From assembly GCA_965216565.1 (NCBI GenBank), contig OZ244170.1, positions 2,880,001 through 2,944,000 on the forward strand: DNA of 64,000 bases, written 5' to 3'. The notes under the pieces were generated by a model. The model was not told the origin of the DNA and searched no databases. It worked only from the letters and a program-made list of their open reading frames with translations. Shown here in pieces: positions 17,862-27,193 of this stretch (its first letter is position 1; each line of letters opens with the position of its first letter). Made by a program: the position numbers and the translations under genes. This DNA is from Bythopirellula sp. (GTDB lineage Bacteria; Planctomycetota; Planctomycetia; Pirellulales; Lacipirellulaceae).

Positions 17862-19652
17862 TCATTCTTCGGTTACGTGGCTTTCCTCGGCTCTTAGCGT
17901 TCTCGTCGCTTCCATGTCGGTAATGCGTCCAGAGATTTCGTCAAAGCGACTGGTCATTACCAAGGTCAGGATGGTGGCAACAACCAGATAAGCAATCACC
18001 CCAAGAATGTAAGCCACAGCCATCTCATCCTCGAAACGCCGAAAAGAGTACGCGTCGACAAGCTCCAAGTATCCCTGGGGCGGCATGATAAGCTGGAACG
18101 GAATGCAGGGCGCGAGCATCAGTTCCTCCAATTGCGAGCCGCCCCCACCGACCATCACCGCGCAGCAGCAGAACATATATCCGCCGCCAAAGAATATTAG
18201 TGTTGCCAGTGTGCCGCCCATGGCTTGCAAAGACGTTTTGCAATGGAGCGAGAAGGTAAGCCCCAAGTTTGTGGCATACCAGCAATGGATTCCAAACGTT
18301 GCGGCTAGAACGACAATCGCCCAAAGAAAGCGAAGATCGAGAATCAGCCCCAAACCCCATATCCCAGCCAGCACTACAAGTGCCCAACGAATGCTGTACA
18401 AGTTGCCCCACATTTTGGCAAACATGATCTCGCTCCCGGAAAGAGGCGTGGCCAGCAAGGAATCCCAGGTTTCGCTCTCCTTCTCGTGAGCGACCAAACT
18501 GGCGGCCCGCGACCCTAGCAGGATCAGAATTCCACTTCCCAATAGCGCTGTTATCATCGAGAGATACTCGAAGTAACTGCTGGTTTTGGAGCCCCACCGC
18601 TTGTAGACTGCCTCCCAAAAAGCATAACCGGTTAGCCCAGCAACTGTTGCTAAGATTAGAGCAACGGCAATCACACCGATCACCCCGAGCCGGGTCTTCG
18701 CAGTATCGGCAAACATTTCTTTCCACAGCATCGGACGCGTTCCCAGCGCAGGTTTCCATCTTGGTAATCGGAACGGCCAACGCGGAAACAGTCTTCTAAC
18801 ACCGCGTGAAGACTCGGCCAAATGGACGCCGCGCACAGCAAATGTGGCTGACAGCAACGCCGCGCCCGACAGAATGGTTTGCCAAAAAACTGTCCGCAGG
18901 ACGCCCGACACATTCAATCCAAGCCCCATAGCAAAACGACTGCCCAAGGCTTGAATGAGCGCCCAAATGGGATTGATCACCAGCAGTGCATCCACAGCAG
19001 GCTTAAGAACCAACGTCCATACCCATGACGAACGCCCAAAGGCAGGGCCGGCTATGTTCAGAATGAGTGGTATCAGAAACAAAACGGCTAATAGCAAATA
19101 GATTCTCACCGTGGCATCCCGGGACCGGGCAGACCACACCGACACAAAGATGCTAAGTGCCGTGACCATCAGGGCCAAACTAGCTGAGAGTAAGAACAGA
19201 GTTAGCAGAGCGCCAACCGGTATTCCGCCAAACAGACGGAACAGAAACAAAATCGGCAAGCCAACCAAGATCATTTTGAAAAGCAATAGCAGCCGTGCAG
19301 TCGCTTTGCTCAATACGATTTCTCGGTCCGAAAGATCGGTAACGAACAGGTACTCGATGGTGCGACGTTCTCGCTCGGTAGCGATGGTACCAATCGCCAG
19401 TGAAGGGCCTACAGACAGAATGGCGAGGGTCTGCAGCCAGGCAAGTCCCATGAAAAACTCCGAGGCCATTGCCGAAGAGCGTTGTGTGGAGAGCGGTTGT
19501 TCTGAGAATTGCAGATTAGCTGACGAATTCTCGTAACAGGTCCACAACATCGCCAGAAGTAACAGGCCATAGACAACCCGCAACACGAAATAGCGAGCTC
19601 TGCGCGACGTGGAGACAAGCTCTACCTGAAATATTGGCCCCAACAGCATCAC
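17862..19652 (-). CDS. ABC-2-type transporter permease with two membrane domains
   Basis: IATERERRTIEYLFVT and VAHEKESETWDSLLATPL ABC-2 motifs; many TM helices. Confidence 0.85.
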   Translation of the reverse strand: MMLLGPIFQVELVSTSRRARYFVLRVVYGLLLLAMLWTCYENSSANLQFSEQPLSTQRSSAMASEFFMGLAWLQTLAILSVGPSLAIGTIATERERRTIEYLFVTDLSDREIVLSKATARLLLLFKMILVGLPILFLFRLFGGIPVGALLTLFLLSASLALMVTALSIFVSVWSARSRDATVRIYLLLAVLFLIPLILNIAGPAFGRSSWVWTLVLKPAVDALLVINPIWALIQALGSRFAMGLGLNVSGVLRTVFWQTILSGAALLSATFAVRGVHLAESSRGVRRLFPRWPFRLPRWKPALGTRPMLWKEMFADTAKTRLGVIGVIAVALILATVAGLTGYAFWEAVYKRWGSKTSSYFEYLSMITALLGSGILILLGSRAASLVAHEKESETWDSLLATPLSGSEIMFAKMWGNLYSIRWALVVLAGIWGLGLILDLRFLWAIVVLAATFGIHCWYATNLGLTFSLHCKTSLQAMGGTLATLIFFGGGYMFCCCAVMVGGGGSQLEELMLAPCIPFQLIMPPQGYLELVDAYSFRRFEDEMAVAYILGVIAYLVVATILTLVMTSRFDEISGRITDMEATRTLRAEESHVTEE

Positions 19653-19825
19653 GCACCTGTCCCGGTCCAGAGAATGACTAGGACTGCATGTTAAACGTTA
19701 TTTTACTGAAGCTCCAGCGCAACCATGAAGATGCAATGCTAAATCACCCCAAAGCTGGTTTCAAGAGTTCAAGGAGCCGAACGCGAATGCCTTGGGCAGC
19801 ATCGGGACCAATCGCTAATGCACCT

Positions 19826-19850
19826 ACCCGCGGCTAGCGCCGTCGGCTCA
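19826..19850 (-). repeat. REP unit TGAGCCGACGGCGCTAGCCGCGGGT (single copy)
   Basis: Identical to the arms at 23908-23932 and 23963-23987. Confidence 0.85.
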
Positions 19851-19875
19851 GTTAGATTCTGTGGCCGCTTTAGAA

Positions 19876-20835
19876 CTAAATCTGATAGTGCACTTCCGGC
19901 TGCAGGTCGTCGGGGCCTTCGTTGCGCATTCTGAGTTTTGGCTTTTCCAGCACTACCGTTGTGTGCGGTTCGATGCTCGATGTAAGCCACACACTCGAGC
20001 CAACCACCGAATTGTGGCCCAGAACGGTTCGGCCTCCCAGGACCGTGGCGTTGGCGTAGATGACCACATGGTCTTCGAGCGTCGGATGACGCTTGTGACC
20101 ACGTACCAATTGGCCATCGCCATCGGTGGCAAAGCTCAAGGCACCGAGCGTGACACCTTGATAGATCTTCACATGATTGCCGATCTCGCAAGTTTCGCCA
20201 ATCACCACACCCGTACCGTGATCGATAAAGAAATGCGTGCCGATCGTTGCACCCGGATGAATATCAATCCCCGTGTTCTTATGAGCCCACTCACTCATCA
20301 TGCGGGGAATGAAAGGGATCTCAAGCTCGTTGAGCAAGTGCGCTAATCGATAAACTGTAATGGCTTCTAAGCCTGGGTAGCAAAAGATCACTTCGTCCAG
20401 GTTCTTGCAAGCCGGGTCGCCATCGTAGGCGGCCTGTACGTCGGTGGCTAGAATTTGCCGCATCGCAGGCAGTTCGTCGAGAAACTGCAGCGTCTTGGCC
20501 TGGCCCAATGCTTCGAAGTCGACGTCTTGATTGCAGTCGCTGGTGGCTCCGGCCTCGTGACGTAGCGCGCGGCCAATTTGAGTAGTCAATCGATCGTGCA
20601 ACCTATCGATCAAATCGCCGACGTAGTAGCGGACATTGCCACGGTGCAATCCCTCGCGACGCCGATAGCCTGGGTAGATGATTTCGAAGAGGTCTTCCAA
20701 CGACGCCATAATCTCTTCGTAGCTTGGCAACGGGCAATGGTCGAGATGATTGATCGAGCCCAAATCGTCGTACGTATCGACAATGCGATCGGTGATGTCG
20801 GGCAATTGGTCCTTCAAACGGAAGTCGGAAGCCAT
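19876..20835 (-). CDS. cysE: Serine O-acetyltransferase (CysE/EpsC type)
   Basis: [47 protein letters not shown] and KRHPT; AGGAG SD ahead of ATG 20835. Confidence 0.93.
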   Translation of the reverse strand: MASDFRLKDQLPDITDRIVDTYDDLGSINHLDHCPLPSYEEIMASLEDLFEIIYPGYRRREGLHRGNVRYYVGDLIDRLHDRLTTQIGRALRHEAGATSDCNQDVDFEALGQAKTLQFLDELPAMRQILATDVQAAYDGDPACKNLDEVIFCYPGLEAITVYRLAHLLNELEIPFIPRMMSEWAHKNTGIDIHPGATIGTHFFIDHGTGVVIGETCEIGNHVKIYQGVTLGALSFATDGDGQLVRGHKRHPTLEDHVVIYANATVLGGRTVLGHNSVVGSSVWLTSSIEPHTTVVLEKPKLRMRNEGPDDLQPEVHYQI

Positions 20836-20946
20836 GTTTCTGGTTTCTCCTGACGCGTGGTCACTCGTGACGCGTCTTGTGGTGGGGGGAGAGAGATCGA
20901 GATAGAATGCCACTTGCGGGGCATATGCAGGCGAGAATGTCCGGCC

Positions 20947-20994
20947 CTAAGCCGGACAGGTACAGCTACAGTAGTGGTGCAAGTTACTTTTCAT
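20947..20994 (-). CDS. Putative cysteine-sensing leader peptide MKSNLHHYCSCTCPA (15 aa)
   Basis: ATG AAA AGT AAC TTG CAC CAC TAC TGT AGC TGT ACC TGT CCG GCT TAG; same strand as cysE, ending 111 nt upstream of it; hairpin overlaps the stop. Confidence 0.65.
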   Translation of the reverse strand: MKSNLHHYCSCTCPA

Positions 20995-21081
20995 GGTAGG
21001 AACCGAAGGCTAGTTGGAGTTGCCTTATTGGTCCGACACAAGACGGACCCCAGAGGTTCTCTCGGCACGGCAACCACTTGG

Positions 21082-21109
21082 AGTTTAACAATTCTGCCGG
21101 TGGTGGCAA
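21082..21109 (-). promoter_or_regulatory. Putative sigma70 promoter for the cysE leader transcript
   Basis: Minus strand TTGCCA-16 nt-TAAACT with extended -10 TG. Confidence 0.5.
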
Positions 21110-21267
21110 CGTTTTCCTGGCAGGAGGTTCTGCCAGTCAGTGCTGGCATTGTTGTTTTTTTACAACACGGAAAGCCGCAACGTGATGTCCCTCCGCCTCA
21201 AGAAGTAAGGTACGTTTAAGTAGACACCGGTGCTCTCATCACCTTGCACCATTTGGAGGCTCTCCCC

Positions 21268-21657
21268 ATGACACAGTTTATCCAACTGTTCGATCCGTCG
21301 GTCTTGTTCTTTGTCGTTCTGCCAATCGCAGCGATCGTTGCTGCCTGGGCGCTGAAAATAGCCTGTGCTATTTGCGACCTGGATTCGCCCGATTTCTGGC
21401 ACTGTGTGCTGGCCGTGATTGTGGTCGCTGTTGCCAACCTGGCACTTCGCTTTGCCTTACGCGCAGGGGCCGGCCCAATTTCTTTTGAAGCCCAAGTACT
21501 CGCCCCGCTGGCCACCACCGCCTTGGTGCTCTCGATGAGCATCCGTACCGGGCCCATCAATGCCTGCAAGGTAATGCTCGTACACGGTTTGCTTTGCGGT
21601 ATGATCCTTAGCGCCGTGCTACTGATGAGCCAATCGCTACCCCTGGCCAGCATGTAG
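21268..21657 (+). CDS. Membrane protein, four predicted helices (hypothetical)
   Basis: Hydrophobic ORF; GGAGG SD ahead of ATG 21268. Confidence 0.7.
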   Translation: MTQFIQLFDPSVLFFVVLPIAAIVAAWALKIACAICDLDSPDFWHCVLAVIVVAVANLALRFALRAGAGPISFEAQVLAPLATTALVLSMSIRTGPINACKVMLVHGLLCGMILSAVLLMSQSLPLASM

Positions 21658-21717
21658 CAATCAGGGTGCAGTAATACATTCCGGTTGGCTGCTCGAAATT
21701 CCGCGAGAGGGCTCGGC

Positions 21718-23808
21718 TCAATCGTCGTCTTCTTTGAGCTTCGCCTTGGAAATGATCTCCTGCTGGACGTTGCCCGGCACGACATCGTAGTGCGAAAACT
21801 CCATTGCATAGCTGCCCTGCCCTCCTGTCATCGAGGAAAGCGTTCTGGCATACGTCGCGGCTTCCGCCAGTGGCACCTTAGCTTCCACCGTGGTCATTCC
21901 ACCACCGGCCGTTTCCATACCCGACATCTGTCCTCGTCGCCCCGAGAGATCGCTGGAAACGTCGCCCACGTTGTCGGCAGGAACCGTGATGTGCATGTTG
22001 ACGATCGGCTCCAACAGGCTCGGGCGCGCTTCCTTAAACACCTGGGCGAACGCCTTACTAGCTGCGATTTTGAACGCCGACTCGTTGCTGTCCACGGGAT
22101 GGTCTTTGCCAAAGTGTACTTCTACACATACGTTTTGAACCGGGTAACCGGCGACCACGCCCGCTTTGGTGCGTTCCAAGAAGCCTTTCTCGATCGCCGG
22201 CATAAAGTTACCTGGAATCGAACCGCCCACGACCGAGTCGATCCATAAGAAATTGCTCTTCTCGTGGAAGTGCTTGGATTTTATATGTGGGAATCGGGCT
22301 TTGGTGGCGTATTCCTCTGGGTCGGTACCTTCGGGGAACGGATACATGCGAATGTGTACTTCACCAAATTGCCCGGCACCGCCCGACTGTTTCTTGTGCC
22401 GATAGCTGCCGTCGGCATTCGCTTGAATTGTCTCGCGGTAGGGAATCTTTGGTTCTTTGGTTTCTACTTCGACCTTGTCGCGACGCTTGAGTCGTTCCTG
22501 AATTAGATTGAGATGCAGTTCGCTCATTCCGGTAAGCACCATCTCCTTGGTCTCGGGATCGTGCTCAAGATGGATCGTGGCGTCTTCCTCGGTAATTTTG
22601 TGGAGCGATCCGGATAGCTTGGCTTCGTCGCCGCGACTCTTAGGTTCGACTGCAAGTCCGACCATCGGTGTGGGGAAGCCGATTGGTGGCAATTCGACTT
22701 CGCCAATCGAAGTGCCGGTGTGGAGTTCCTCGCACTTGGCAACCGCCACGATTTCCCCAGGTCCCGCATCATTGATGGGCGAAGTTTCGTTTGCTTGCAC
22801 GGTGAGCAGAGGACCGAGCTTGATCCCCTTGCGTGCACCGGGCGACTCGACGGTGGTATCCTTCTTGAGAGTGCCTGAGAAAATCCGCAGGAAGCTGAGC
22901 TTCTGGACAAACGGGTCGATGCGCGTCTTGAAAACCTGCGCGGCAAGCGGCGCGCTGGGATCGGGTTTGAGCGTTACCTGGTCGCCATCTTTGGTCCCCG
23001 TGCGGGTAATCGCATCGGGCGGCAACGCGGCCTGGGCTAGTGCGTCCATGAGTTCTTTGACGCCAATTTCGTTCTTCGTCGATACACACACAATAGGCGT
23101 CAGTGATCCTGCCGCAATCGACTGCACCATCAGTTGGCTCAATTGCTCACTGGTTGGAAGTTCGCCTTCGAAGTACTTTTCCATCACCGCTTCGTCAACT
23201 TCGATGATCGACTCGACTAGCGATTCGTTGATCTCCGCGGGATCGATCAGCGCGCCCTCGGTGTCGTCGGGCACATCAAGTGTGCTGGCCACACCGCGTA
23301 GCGAATCGCTAACGCCCAGCGGTACGTTGAGTAACGCACAACTATTGCCAAATACCTCTTTGATGCTTTCAACCAGCCCGGGGAAATCGATGTTGTCGGT
23401 GTCGAGCTTGGTGATGACAAGAATTCTGCCACAACCGGCCTTGCCTGCTTCGCTCCATGCCCGCCGGGTGTTCACCTTAATCCCAGCGTGGGCATCAATG
23501 GCGATGAGCGCGGTTTCCACCGCTCGCAGCGAGCCGATCATTTGCCCGACAAGATCGGGATAGCCGGGCGTGTCGATGATATTAAAGTGTTTGCCGGCGT
23601 GGTCGAAATGGGCCACCGATGCTTCGACCGAGTGCTTGTGGTGCTTTTCTTCTTCATCGAAGTCACAGATGCTTGTGCCGGCATCGACGCTTGGATTCGC
23701 ATTGACCGCGCCGCTACCTATCAGCAACTGATCGACAAGGGTCGTTTTGCCGGCACTCCCGTGGCCGCAGACAACTAAGTTTCGGATATCTCCAACATTC
23801 CTAGCCAT
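21718..23808 (-). CDS. fusA: Elongation factor G paralogue (EF-G2 type)
   Basis: GHGSAGKTT, DTPGY, GMSELHL, PYRETI, HKKQSGGAGQF, LLEPI and LSSMTGGQG motifs; start ATG 23808. Confidence 0.9.
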   Translation of the reverse strand: MARNVGDIRNLVVCGHGSAGKTTLVDQLLIGSGAVNANPSVDAGTSICDFDEEEKHHKHSVEASVAHFDHAGKHFNIIDTPGYPDLVGQMIGSLRAVETALIAIDAHAGIKVNTRRAWSEAGKAGCGRILVITKLDTDNIDFPGLVESIKEVFGNSCALLNVPLGVSDSLRGVASTLDVPDDTEGALIDPAEINESLVESIIEVDEAVMEKYFEGELPTSEQLSQLMVQSIAAGSLTPIVCVSTKNEIGVKELMDALAQAALPPDAITRTGTKDGDQVTLKPDPSAPLAAQVFKTRIDPFVQKLSFLRIFSGTLKKDTTVESPGARKGIKLGPLLTVQANETSPINDAGPGEIVAVAKCEELHTGTSIGEVELPPIGFPTPMVGLAVEPKSRGDEAKLSGSLHKITEEDATIHLEHDPETKEMVLTGMSELHLNLIQERLKRRDKVEVETKEPKIPYRETIQANADGSYRHKKQSGGAGQFGEVHIRMYPFPEGTDPEEYATKARFPHIKSKHFHEKSNFLWIDSVVGGSIPGNFMPAIEKGFLERTKAGVVAGYPVQNVCVEVHFGKDHPVDSNESAFKIAASKAFAQVFKEARPSLLEPIVNMHITVPADNVGDVSSDLSGRRGQMSGMETAGGGMTTVEAKVPLAEAATYARTLSSMTGGQGSYAMEFSHYDVVPGNVQQEIISKAKLKEDDD

Positions 23809-23907
23809 AACTACTCCAAATGAAAAGTTGCTTGGCGTGTTTCCCGGCTCGCTGTCTGCCGGGCTCACCCATTCAGTAGTAAAACTATCAGCCGAATTTA
23901 AAGGTCC

Positions 23908-23987
23908 TGAGCCGACGGCGCTAGCCGCGGGTTGCATTCGAGGCAACTCTGGTCGCGGAGTAACCCGCGGCTAGCGCCGTCGGCTCA
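23908..23987. repeat. REPIN: 26-bp perfect inverted repeat
   Basis: TGAGCCGACGGCGCTAGCCGCGGGTT (23908-23933) / reverse complement (23962-23987). Confidence 0.9.
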
Positions 23988-24033
23988 AAAAAAGATGGCG
24001 GCTATTGTTGCTTAATGTTCCTCCTCGGTACGT

Positions 24034-24771
24034 TTACGCTTTGATACTTCCGGTATCTCCGGCTGCCGCCAGCGCGTCCGCCAACGTAATGGTTCCGGCA
24101 TAAAGGGCTCGCCCAATGATGGCTGCCGCCAGTCCGGCATCGGCAAGCTCCGCTACGTTCTCTGCTGTGGTCACTCCGCCAGAAGCGACCACCGGCAACT
24201 CGACATGCCGCTGCATCTCGGCCATAGCAGAGACATTGGGCCCGGCTAGCATGCCGTCGGTTGCAATATCGGTGTAAACAATGGCCGCGAGAGGCGCATC
24301 GCGAAATTCATCCGCCAGTGCCGTCGCTGGCGTCGAACTAGTTTCTAGCCAACCATCGGTAGCGACCATTCCATTGCGAGCGTCGATCCCTAAAACCAAC
24401 TTGTCGGGAAACTGAGCACACATCTCGCGGAACCAGTCGCCCCGTTTCAAAGCAGAAGTCCCCAGCACTAAACGGTCGAGGCCCAGGCCAAGCAGGTTTT
24501 CGATCGTCGCTTGGTCACGAATTCCGCCGCCTATTTCGCATTGCATATCGACAGCTTCGACGATCTGGCGAACCGTATCGTGATTGGTCGGCTTGCCATC
24601 GCGAGCACCATCGAGGTCCACCAGATGAAGATATCCGGCACCTTGCTCTTGGAAACTCTGTGCCACGGCAACAGGATCGTCGGAAAACACGGTTTCGCGA
24701 TTGTAGTCGCCCTGTTCCAAGCGGACGCACTTGCCGCCCAACAGATCAATCGCAGGCCATATCTGCATCAT
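24034..24771 (-). CDS. hisA: ProFAR isomerase
   Basis: PAIDLLGGKCVRL, LHLVDLDGA, GGGIR, TDIATDGML and ASGGV motifs. Confidence 0.95.
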   Translation of the reverse strand: MMQIWPAIDLLGGKCVRLEQGDYNRETVFSDDPVAVAQSFQEQGAGYLHLVDLDGARDGKPTNHDTVRQIVEAVDMQCEIGGGIRDQATIENLLGLGLDRLVLGTSALKRGDWFREMCAQFPDKLVLGIDARNGMVATDGWLETSSTPATALADEFRDAPLAAIVYTDIATDGMLAGPNVSAMAEMQRHVELPVVASGGVTTAENVAELADAGLAAAIIGRALYAGTITLADALAAAGDTGSIKA

Positions 24772-25009
24772 GCGCCACCGCTATTGTTGCCTAGGTACCA
24801 AAGACTCAGTTACTAGATTCGGCTAGTGAAGAGTCCATTAATATCGCACAGGAGTGGGTAGTTTTCAAGCGGCGCGGCAAGCAGGAAGTGTCCTAAGACG
24901 GTGCCACTTAGAAGTCAGGAAAGGAGAGGAGATAGGGGGATGAATGGGGATCACGGGGATGACTTGTCCTGGCACTGGCACGCTCAAGTACTACTGCACA
25001 GGACCGGGA

Positions 25010-25096
25010 GTCGAAGAAAGGGGACTGGCTCGACGCTCGATAGCGTCCTGCGCCTGAGCACACGCCGGGTCGTCGTGCCTGTCCCCTTTTTTCGAC
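25010..25096 (-). repeat. ~86-bp dispersed MITE-like element, copy 2 (inverted)
   Basis: Reverse complement closely matches 13201-13286. Confidence 0.85.
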
Positions 25097-25128
25097 GGAA
25101 CACTACGGTACGGCTTAGCCTGCTGGCC

Positions 25129-25746
25129 TTAGCCCGCCGTCCCTAGCTCAGCAAAGTTCTGGAGCACACGCAGGCCAGCCGTCTGGCTCTTTTCCGGATG
25201 GAATTGCGTAGCGAACAAGTTGTCGCGCCAGATCGCAGCGCAAAACGGATCCGGGTAATCTGCCTCGCCGGCGACCACTTGCGCATCTTCCGGGACCACG
25301 TAATAAGAATGCACGAAATAAAAATGGCTCTCCTCCGGCAAACCGGCAAAGATTGGCGGTCGACGCGGCCAGGAAACGGAGTTCCATCCCATGTGCGGTA
25401 CTTTGTATTCGCTCGGAACTTCAAATTTGCGAACCTCTCCCGGAATAATCCCCAGTCCCCGGTGCTCGCCATCTTCGTAGCTGCAATCGAAAAGCATTTG
25501 CAAGCCAAGGCAGATGCCTAGGAACGGCTTGTCTGCTTCGATCGCCTCCCGAATGGGCTCGACAAGGTCGCGACGTTCCAGCTCGGCAATCGCATCGGCA
25601 AACGCGCCGACTCCGGGCAGAACAATTTTGGAAGCCTGAGCCAACACGCTGGGGTCGCTGGTCACCGCTGCCGCATGGCCAACACGTTCAAATCCTTTTT
25701 GAACGCTGCGCAAATTGCCCATTTGGTAGTCGATGATGGCGATCAT
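25129..25746 (-). CDS. hisH: Imidazole glycerol phosphate synthase, glutaminase subunit
   Basis: IDYQMGNLRSV, LPGVGAF, GICLG, VPHMGWN, YFVHSY and QFHPEKS motifs. Confidence 0.96.
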   Translation of the reverse strand: MIAIIDYQMGNLRSVQKGFERVGHAAAVTSDPSVLAQASKIVLPGVGAFADAIAELERRDLVEPIREAIEADKPFLGICLGLQMLFDCSYEDGEHRGLGIIPGEVRKFEVPSEYKVPHMGWNSVSWPRRPPIFAGLPEESHFYFVHSYYVVPEDAQVVAGEADYPDPFCAAIWRDNLFATQFHPEKSQTAGLRVLQNFAELGTAG

Positions 25747-25952
25747 AGTGAGGGATCAGAGGTCAGGAGTAGGGGTTCAGGGTTTGTCAAGAACTAACCG
25801 CTCAAGGCTGGTAGCAAGCAGCCTCAAGAAATGACACATGGTTTCGGTCTAGGTTCCGACTTAGTACGGGACATTCTATCGAAATAATCGCTGGCATCTA
25901 CTCACCTGCCTTGCTAGGTTGAATTCGCGAGGCAATTCATCATGAAAGGTGG

Positions 25953-27143
25953 TTGGCTATGTTGTACCGATTTCTGCTGGCGACGGGCGGGCCTGCGCTG
26001 CTGGCCCTAGCCTGTTTCACATTCGATGCCGGGCTAGCTCATGCTCAGCAAGCACCTGCGACCGACGTTTTGAGTGAAACGCAGTGGGATCGAATAGACG
26101 CTTCAGTCGACCGCGGGCTGGCGTGGCTCGCCAAACAGCAGCAAGCCGACGGCTCGTTTCCCACGGTGACCTACGGTCAGCCCGGCGTGACTAGCCTGTG
26201 TGTTCTGGCCTACCTCTCCCACGGCCATATGCCGGGCTCCGGGCCTTATGGCAAGCTGCTCGAAGATGCAGTTTCTTATATTGCTTCTTGCCAAAAGCCA
26301 AACGGACTGGTCGCCGTTGTGGCACCCGGTGGAGCGAAGATCGTCCGCAACGTTCCAAGAATGATGGGTGGCACCGCTGTTTACAATCATGGCATTGCCT
26401 CGTTAACTCTCAGCGAAGTCTATGCCAGCACGCAAACAACCACCGCCAAAAAGATCGAGAGTATCATCGAGAAATCGATCGAGGCCACACTCACCATGCA
26501 GCGTTGGCCCAAGGCCCGCAAGATCGACGAAGGCGGTTGGCGTTACCTAGATTTGCTCAACACCTCGGGAGAATCTGTTGATTCGAATCTGTCGAACACC
26601 GTATGGCAAATGCTTTTTTTGCGCTCCGCCAAGAACGCCGGTTTCGAAGTTTCGCAGGAACCGATTGATGGTGCCGTACAGTTCATCCGATCGTGCTTCC
26701 ACAATCGCTACCACACATTTGTACTGATGCCTTCCCACTCCGATCACCGCACCCGGGGGATGTCTGGCGCGGGCGTGATGTGCCTGGCACTTGCCGGCTT
26801 GCACGAGTCTCCCGAGGCTACGACGGCCGGCGATTGGATTCTGCAGCACGATTTCAATCGCTACAACTACGTCGAACCGTTTGGCCAGCGCGGTTGGCTC
26901 GACGACCGTTATCATTATGGTGTGTTCTTCTGCACCCAGGCGTCCTATCAACTCGGCGGCAAGTACTGGGAAGAATTCTTTCCTCCCGTGGCGAGGGTGG
27001 TACTGACCAACCAACGCGAAGATGGTTCCTGGGACCGCGAAAGCCACAATAGCGACAATAAATATGGCAATAGCTATACCACTTCGCTCATGCTACTGAC
27101 ACTGGGGGCACCGAATCAGTTGCTACCGGTGCTGCAGCGATGA
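25953..27143 (+). CDS. Secreted prenyltransferase/squalene-oxidase repeat protein
   Basis: Signal peptide; QW-like repeats QQQADGSF, GGWRY and NQREDGSW; start may be ATG 25959. Confidence 0.85.
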   Translation: MAMLYRFLLATGGPALLALACFTFDAGLAHAQQAPATDVLSETQWDRIDASVDRGLAWLAKQQQADGSFPTVTYGQPGVTSLCVLAYLSHGHMPGSGPYGKLLEDAVSYIASCQKPNGLVAVVAPGGAKIVRNVPRMMGGTAVYNHGIASLTLSEVYASTQTTTAKKIESIIEKSIEATLTMQRWPKARKIDEGGWRYLDLLNTSGESVDSNLSNTVWQMLFLRSAKNAGFEVSQEPIDGAVQFIRSCFHNRYHTFVLMPSHSDHRTRGMSGAGVMCLALAGLHESPEATTAGDWILQHDFNRYNYVEPFGQRGWLDDRYHYGVFFCTQASYQLGGKYWEEFFPPVARVVLTNQREDGSWDRESHNSDNKYGNSYTTSLMLLTLGAPNQLLPVLQR

Positions 27144-27193
27144 TGTTGGGCTTTCCGATCGGCGCGGCGCGAACCTTACCACCACAAATGCCC

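Noticed and set aside
22508..23563. 351-aa plus-strand ORF antisense to the EF-G gene
   Set aside because: Ser-rich antisense shadow with no protein motifs; fully explained by the EF-G codon pattern.
23809..23946. N-terminal extension of EF-G in the ORF track
   Set aside because: Runs through a REPIN arm; the true start is more likely ATG 23808 with a GGAG SD.
24901..25146. His/Trp-containing plus-strand ORF between hisA and hisH
   Set aside because: Antisense to the his genes and largely made of the MITE-like repeat; cannot act as their leader.
25778..25839. Short uORF (MCHFLRLL...) upstream of hisH as a possible His leader
   Set aside because: Only one His codon and no terminator/antiterminator pattern.
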